Below, in pieces: positions 58,504 to 64,000 of a DNA stretch of 64,000 nucleotides (positions within the stretch are counted from its first letter, which is position 1; each line of letters starts with the position of its first letter). A program made the translations under genes and the position numbers. The notes under the pieces were generated by a model, which was not told where the DNA came from, did no database searches, and was given only the letters and a program-made list of their open reading frames with translations. The stretch is from assembly GCF_009914755.1 (NCBI RefSeq), contig NC_060936.1; one strand, written 5' to 3'. Origin of the DNA: the human T2T-CHM13v2.0 reference genome, Homo sapiens.

Positions 58504-61500
58504 GAGAGGCAAAGGGAGATTGAACTTGTGTTGAACAAAATATAAAAGAAATGAGAAAATATGGCTTTAAGGAAGGTCTGGAAGCATAAAATAATATGTT
58601 TTCTGAATTTAATTTCAGAAAATATTTCTAATGTATTCGAAGACAAGCAAATGAAGTGTACAAACAATAAAAAATTTGGTCAATTTAAAATGCAACCAGT
58701 GAGCTGTTGGTATCTAACATATTTCTGACTCCTTTTTGGTACCATCCTAGAGCTGATTTTGAGAAAGCAACTTGGTACAGTACACATAAGTTTATATATA
58801 TTACATAATGTTTGTAGTAAACTGTGTTAGAGCACAGAAGTAGAGGTTGAATGCAAAATGAAAGTAATTATTTTATGTTCACCCTTAGGTTTGAATACAA
58901 GTTATTTTGTTCACTTTTCTCTATGGCCCATATATTTGAATGTAATGAGCACTATAAAATACATCCATTCTTAAGGACCAGTTCAATAGGGGATAATTTT
59001 CTGAGAACTTCAGCCAAAGGGAGTTCTTAAATACAAAGTGATATATTGGTTTATGAAATCTGAGAGTTTCGTGGGTTTTTAGATACCCAAATTGTTTCTA
59101 AGGAACTAAAATTGTCTTTTCAATGAACTACTTTATTGACTTGATCTTCATAACTTATTAGACTTATTTTCCTTGAGAGAAAAAAGAAAGAGCTTGCTCA
59201 CACATTTTTCTCTTCTCAGATTTAACAGCTCTAATTAGGCTAATAATCTCTCTTTATGGGAATTGCAAAGAAAATGGGGACAATGCAACTCCAAAGAAGT
59301 ATTATTAAAATGTCAGCCTCAAAAAAAGCCATGTATTTTAAAGCATTCAGTTTGCTCGTTTCAGCATTACTTCCTCATATCTATCTTACTAATAGAACTG
59401 TCTTTTTGGTGCTTATTTATATCCTTATAATAGAAGAAATATATCTATATCTAATGTGTTATTTTGTAGACTTACTATTTTAAATTAAAATTTAACTAAC
59501 TAATGAATGGCAGATAGGTATACTTGCCAAAAGCAACGTTACATAGGTATAGTATCTTGAATTTATTATTATTTTTGTTTTTGTTACCTGAGAGTTTACA
59601 ACAGAGATCTAAAAATGGAATGTGTCAAGAAAAATAAATAAATAATGTGCATTCTTGAAGAGCTTAATATAGGCATGAATCAGAAATATAAAAGACCATT
59701 ATAACGAAATATTGTAGCAGGAAATTATACCAGTTGTTATGTAACTATGGTCATTATAACATCAGGTTTGAGAAAAACTTCATCTAGGTGGGGAAAAAAA
59801 GATAGTGAAGTTTGTTGAAAGAAATGGCACTCTTTCAGAATGAGAAGAAAACAATTTCACATTTTTTGAGTATGTGAATGAAAGAAAGGAAACATAAAAG
59901 TAGTGATCACCTTTTATATAGAAGAGAGAGACAGTATTAGGTTTCATAAGGAAGATTGATTTGAATTAATCAGATAACAATGTCTATGTAGATGAAACAG
60001 TATATATTGTGTCAAATTTGGCTTTATAATTTAATTAGTGTTAATTATTAATATATCTTCCTTCATATTAGTGCATATTTATTTTATTAGTATAGTTGGA
60101 AAATTTGTAAGAAATATCAATTAGCAAAAAAGAACTTTCTTTTAAAAGAAAACATCTTGCAGAAAAGGGACTACTTTTATACTGAGCAGCAGAAAGAATC
60201 ATGTTTTTGTAAGAAAGGTTTTGTTATTTTACTGGAGAAAATTATTATATTTTTATAACATATCTATTAGCATTTTGGCTTTAGCTAAATATGACAATAA
60301 ATGAAAAAATGAATCTAAATAAAAGAAAATGGCAACTTAAGCTTTGTTAAATTCCAAAGTAAATATAAAATTAGTATTCATTCAGACTTTTGAGATATCT
60401 TGGTTTTTTGGTCTGCCATTCAAAAAATTCAATGAAGTGCCTGAAACTAATGTCCTACATGACATCTTATTATTGATGTTTTTAAAATATCTTTCTAGAT
60501 GTATGAGTTGAACTATAAGCCAGCTAAATTATCTTTTACATCATAAATCTGTAATGATTAGTGTGTTACAGGCAGAAAGAAGTATATATTATATCTAATA
60601 TTATATGACCCAAAATGGTAAGTCTCAGAGCTAATGCATTTAAAAAAAGTTGATAATCTAAACTGTAAAGAATCCTTAGAATGTGTACATAAGCAAAATG
60701 AACCCATTATGATATAATTATATTTATATTAATGTTATTGTTTGCTTACATTCATAAATTCCTGAAAATTTGTTTTTTAATTAATTAGGATATATTTATA
60801 CTATAATGATGTGTTAATATAAAATAAAGTATAACATTAGTTACTTAGAAACACTTCTATTAACAGTGCAGAACTCTAGGGTATAAATATATATGATCCG
60901 TGAAACTTCCATTAGTTAAACATTTATTCTAATTATTTTAAGATGGATGTTTCTTGAAAGGTTGAAGTTTTTCAGCTTCAATGTTTGAAGACACTAATGG
61001 AACAAATTCAGAGGTAACTTTGAGTAGAAATTTCACCTTAGTCCTTTGACACAGCAACCACTGTATGTTTTCTCATGGAAAGCACATTTAAATAAGAATG
61101 TATTGGAAGAGACTAACCAATCAAGTTGAATGGAATGGGTTACATATTGAATTTCACTTCTGATTGATAATTTACTCACTGTTTGCTAAGTAGGTAATTC
61201 CCTTCTTTGTTGTTACATTAATTAATTTCCTTTTATAAAATTTACCAAATAACCTCCTCAAAGTAAACCTGAATTTTTTCAAATAGCTTATTTTTTCTTT
61301 GTAAAAAAATAAATGCACATAATGTCAACACCAAGGTAGCAAATGGCATGCAATGAAAAGTAAATCTTTCTTTCACTTACTTTACCTCATTTATTTGTCT
61401 CCCTTACTGGATGAAATCATTGTTGTCACTTGTCTATATTTTCAAAGATATACTTTGTATATACATATAATTCTTAGTTTTCATTGTTTTGTCTTGTTTT

Positions 61501-61869
61501 GAAACCAATACTAGACCACAAATCTCACTAATTTTCATTTTAAGTGATTTTTGGAAATTATTCATATCTATCTAAAAAAGTTTTATTATTTTAATTACTT
61601 GAATATTCAATATTTAAATATTATATCGTATGGATATAATACCTCATCTAATCAGTAATTTGTTCTACTTAAAGTACATATTCTTAATTCTATCATCCAT
61701 TTTTAGTTTTTTTTTAATTGAGGCATACTTTAAGTACAACAAACTATCTGTGATTTTTTGACAGAAGTATATTATCATTTCTATTTTTGTCCTCCGTGTG
61801 AGTGTGTGCACACACACGCACATGCATGTGTTGCTTTTAATGATTTGGAAAGTTAAATTTTCAGTATTA

Positions 61870-62125
61870 TGTAATTCCAGTTACAACTGCTTCATAATGA
61901 ATTACCTAAAAATTAGTGACATAAAACAACCATTTTATTTTACTTAGAGTTTCTGTAGGTCAGGAATTTGAGCCGAATAGACCAGAATGACATCTTTTTG
62001 TGCTGCATTGTTTTCTGTGGGAACACTCTATGGTAGAGTAGAAACATTTTGAGGTGCCCATACCCACATCTGGAGATTGATGTAGGTTGCTGGCTGAGAC
62101 CCCAGTTCTACCTGTGGACTAAGGC
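61870..62125 (-). mobile_element. MLT1F/G-like LTR fragment
   Basis: AATTACCTAAAAATTAGTGACATAAAACAACCATTTTATT...TTCTGTAGGTCAGGAATTTG. Confidence 0.7.
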
Positions 62126-62789
62126 AACTACTTACTCATCATTTCATCTTCTGGTTAAAGCATTGGGCCTAATACATATTATAAACCTAATAAATATTTC
62201 TTGAACTGTTGATATATGACATCTAATTACCTAGTTTATAAATGAAAACATTGATTATATTTATCCTTTGAAAATAATCTATGTTTCATTATATTAAATT
62301 GATGATTATGTCATAAAGATTTTTTGATTAATGGATTTCATTTTCACCTGCATTTTCAGTGAGGAATCATTACAAATCATTCAGTTATAAAAATCAGTCC
62401 AGGGCTCTAGCTACATAATGATCAGCTATTTTTGTTTGCTTAGGTATATAGTTGGATTTTCCAGTGTTGTCATAAAGATATCAGTGTTATATTATGCAAT
62501 AAATATTCATCAAAAACAGTATGAATTTAATCCATTTTTCAGCTCTTTCTGAGTAACACAAAAGAAAATTCTAATATAAAAGACCCTGTTCTCAAGAAGC
62601 ACAAAGCAAGGTAAGAAAAAAGGAGGGTACTCCTTTAAAACATTTTGTTTTGTTTTTAATTTAAAAAATGTAATACAGGCAAAATTACAAATCATCTACC
62701 ATCCTAACAGCTACATATAACCGCAACAAATGTTTTATAATATAATCTCCCAGGTATTTTCCCCCTGTAATAATGTAGGAAAAAATAGT

Positions 62790-62960
62790 AGAGTGTATTA
62801 TAGCATAGTTTTGGAATCAACAGAAATAGTTGAGAAAATTAATCTATTTAAACCTCAATGTTTACATGTTCAAAATAGGGGGGAAATATTACCTACTATA
62901 CAAAGAAATTAGCACAATGTTTCAGTCATAAAAAACACTGTAAAATAGTTGTTGGTATTC
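62790..62960 (+). mobile_element. MIR fragment
   Basis: TTTGGAATCA...AAACCTCAATGTTTACATGTTCAAAATAGGG...TACCTAC. Confidence 0.5.
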
Positions 62961-63421
62961 TCAGGCTAGACCCTCATTCAGAGTTCAAACACTATAATTA
63001 GTTTAATATTCCTCTGTTAGAAATTTTATATTTTTCCCATGTTTTGTTTTCCTGGGTATTTTGTGTTGGTTTTGTGGGGAGGGTTTCTTTTTACAAGTAA
63101 TGCTGACATGAACATCTTCAAATTATTTTTTACAGCTACATTTATAAATAGTCAAACAGATCTTTACAATAAAATCTGGAAGAAAAATGATTGAATAAGA
63201 TACTTTTTAATTAATTAGGTTTCAAAAATATTCTTGCATTTGTTATAGATTACCCTGTGTTTTCTTTGTTTATTGTTTTGATTTATTTAGTTCATGGGCC
63301 TTTTAAAAGATATTTTATTTATTTTTATATAAGTTTATTTCATTATTATTCTCTTTGATAGGACTATGTGTAAGAGTTTTGATTCTGTCATCATATAATG
63401 TCAATTTATATTGTTAACTAT

Positions 63422-64000
63422 TCAAGTTTGTTGAAGATCAGATAGTTGTAGGTGTGTGGTCTTATTTCTGGGTTCTCTAATCTGTTCCATTGGTCTATGT
63501 GTTTGTTCTTGTACCAGTGCTATGTTGATTTGGTTACTGTAGATCTGTAGTATAGCTTGAAGTTCAGTAGTGAAATGCCTCCAGCCTTGACCTTTTGGCT
63601 TAGGATTACCTTGGCTATTTGGGCTCTTTTTTGGTTCCATTTGAATTTTAACATAGTTCTTTCTAGTTCTGTGAAGAATGTCAATGGTAGTTTAATGGGA
63701 ATAGCATGCAATCTATAAATTGCTTTGAGCAGTATTGCCATTTTAACAATATTGATTCTTCCTCTCTGTGAATATAGAATGTTTTCCCATTTGTGTCATC
63801 TCTGATTTATTTGAGCAGTGGTTTGTAGTTCTCCTTGTGGAAATCTTTCAAGTCCCTAGTTAGCCTGGATTCCTAGTTGTTCTTTTTGTGGCAGTTGTGG
63901 ATGGGAGTTCATTCCTGATTTGGCTCTTGGCTTGATTGTTGTTGGTGTATAGAAATGCTAGTGATTTTTGCAGATTGATTTTGTATCTTGAGACTTTGTT
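63422..64000 (-). mobile_element. Older L1PA (PA10-16-like) ORF2 segment without 3'UTR, running off the window
   Basis: ORF 63520-63741 [27 protein letters not shown]...; homology stops abruptly at ~63422 with no 3'UTR or poly(A). Confidence 0.9.

Overview
This is AT-rich primate (most likely human or great-ape) genomic DNA with no recognisable host protein-coding exon, RNA gene or CRISPR array. It reads as an intergenic or deep-intronic, LINE/LTR-rich region. Main contents: a full-length but disabled L1PA2 (26925-32940, with TSD, YY1 site and truncated ORF0); two twin-primed, 5'-inverted L1PA insertions with large internal deletions, and possibly a third cut by the window end; a complete THE1C-like MaLR provirus with a perfect 5-bp TSD; three Alus; many MLT/LTR, L2, MIR and old L1M/HAL1 remnants; a MER63 DNA transposon; and microsatellites. 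All long ORFs in the track derive from L1 or MaLR. The least expected signal is three local 'templated-copy' scars: a ~130-bp inverted duplication inside a (TA)n tract, a ~66-bp direct copy beside a patch of snap-back repeats, and a second patch of nested short inverted repeats. These resemble fossil double-strand-break repair products. I found no convincing novel gene system. Repeat subfamily names come from my recall of consensus sequences, not from a search, and boundaries of old repeats are approximate.
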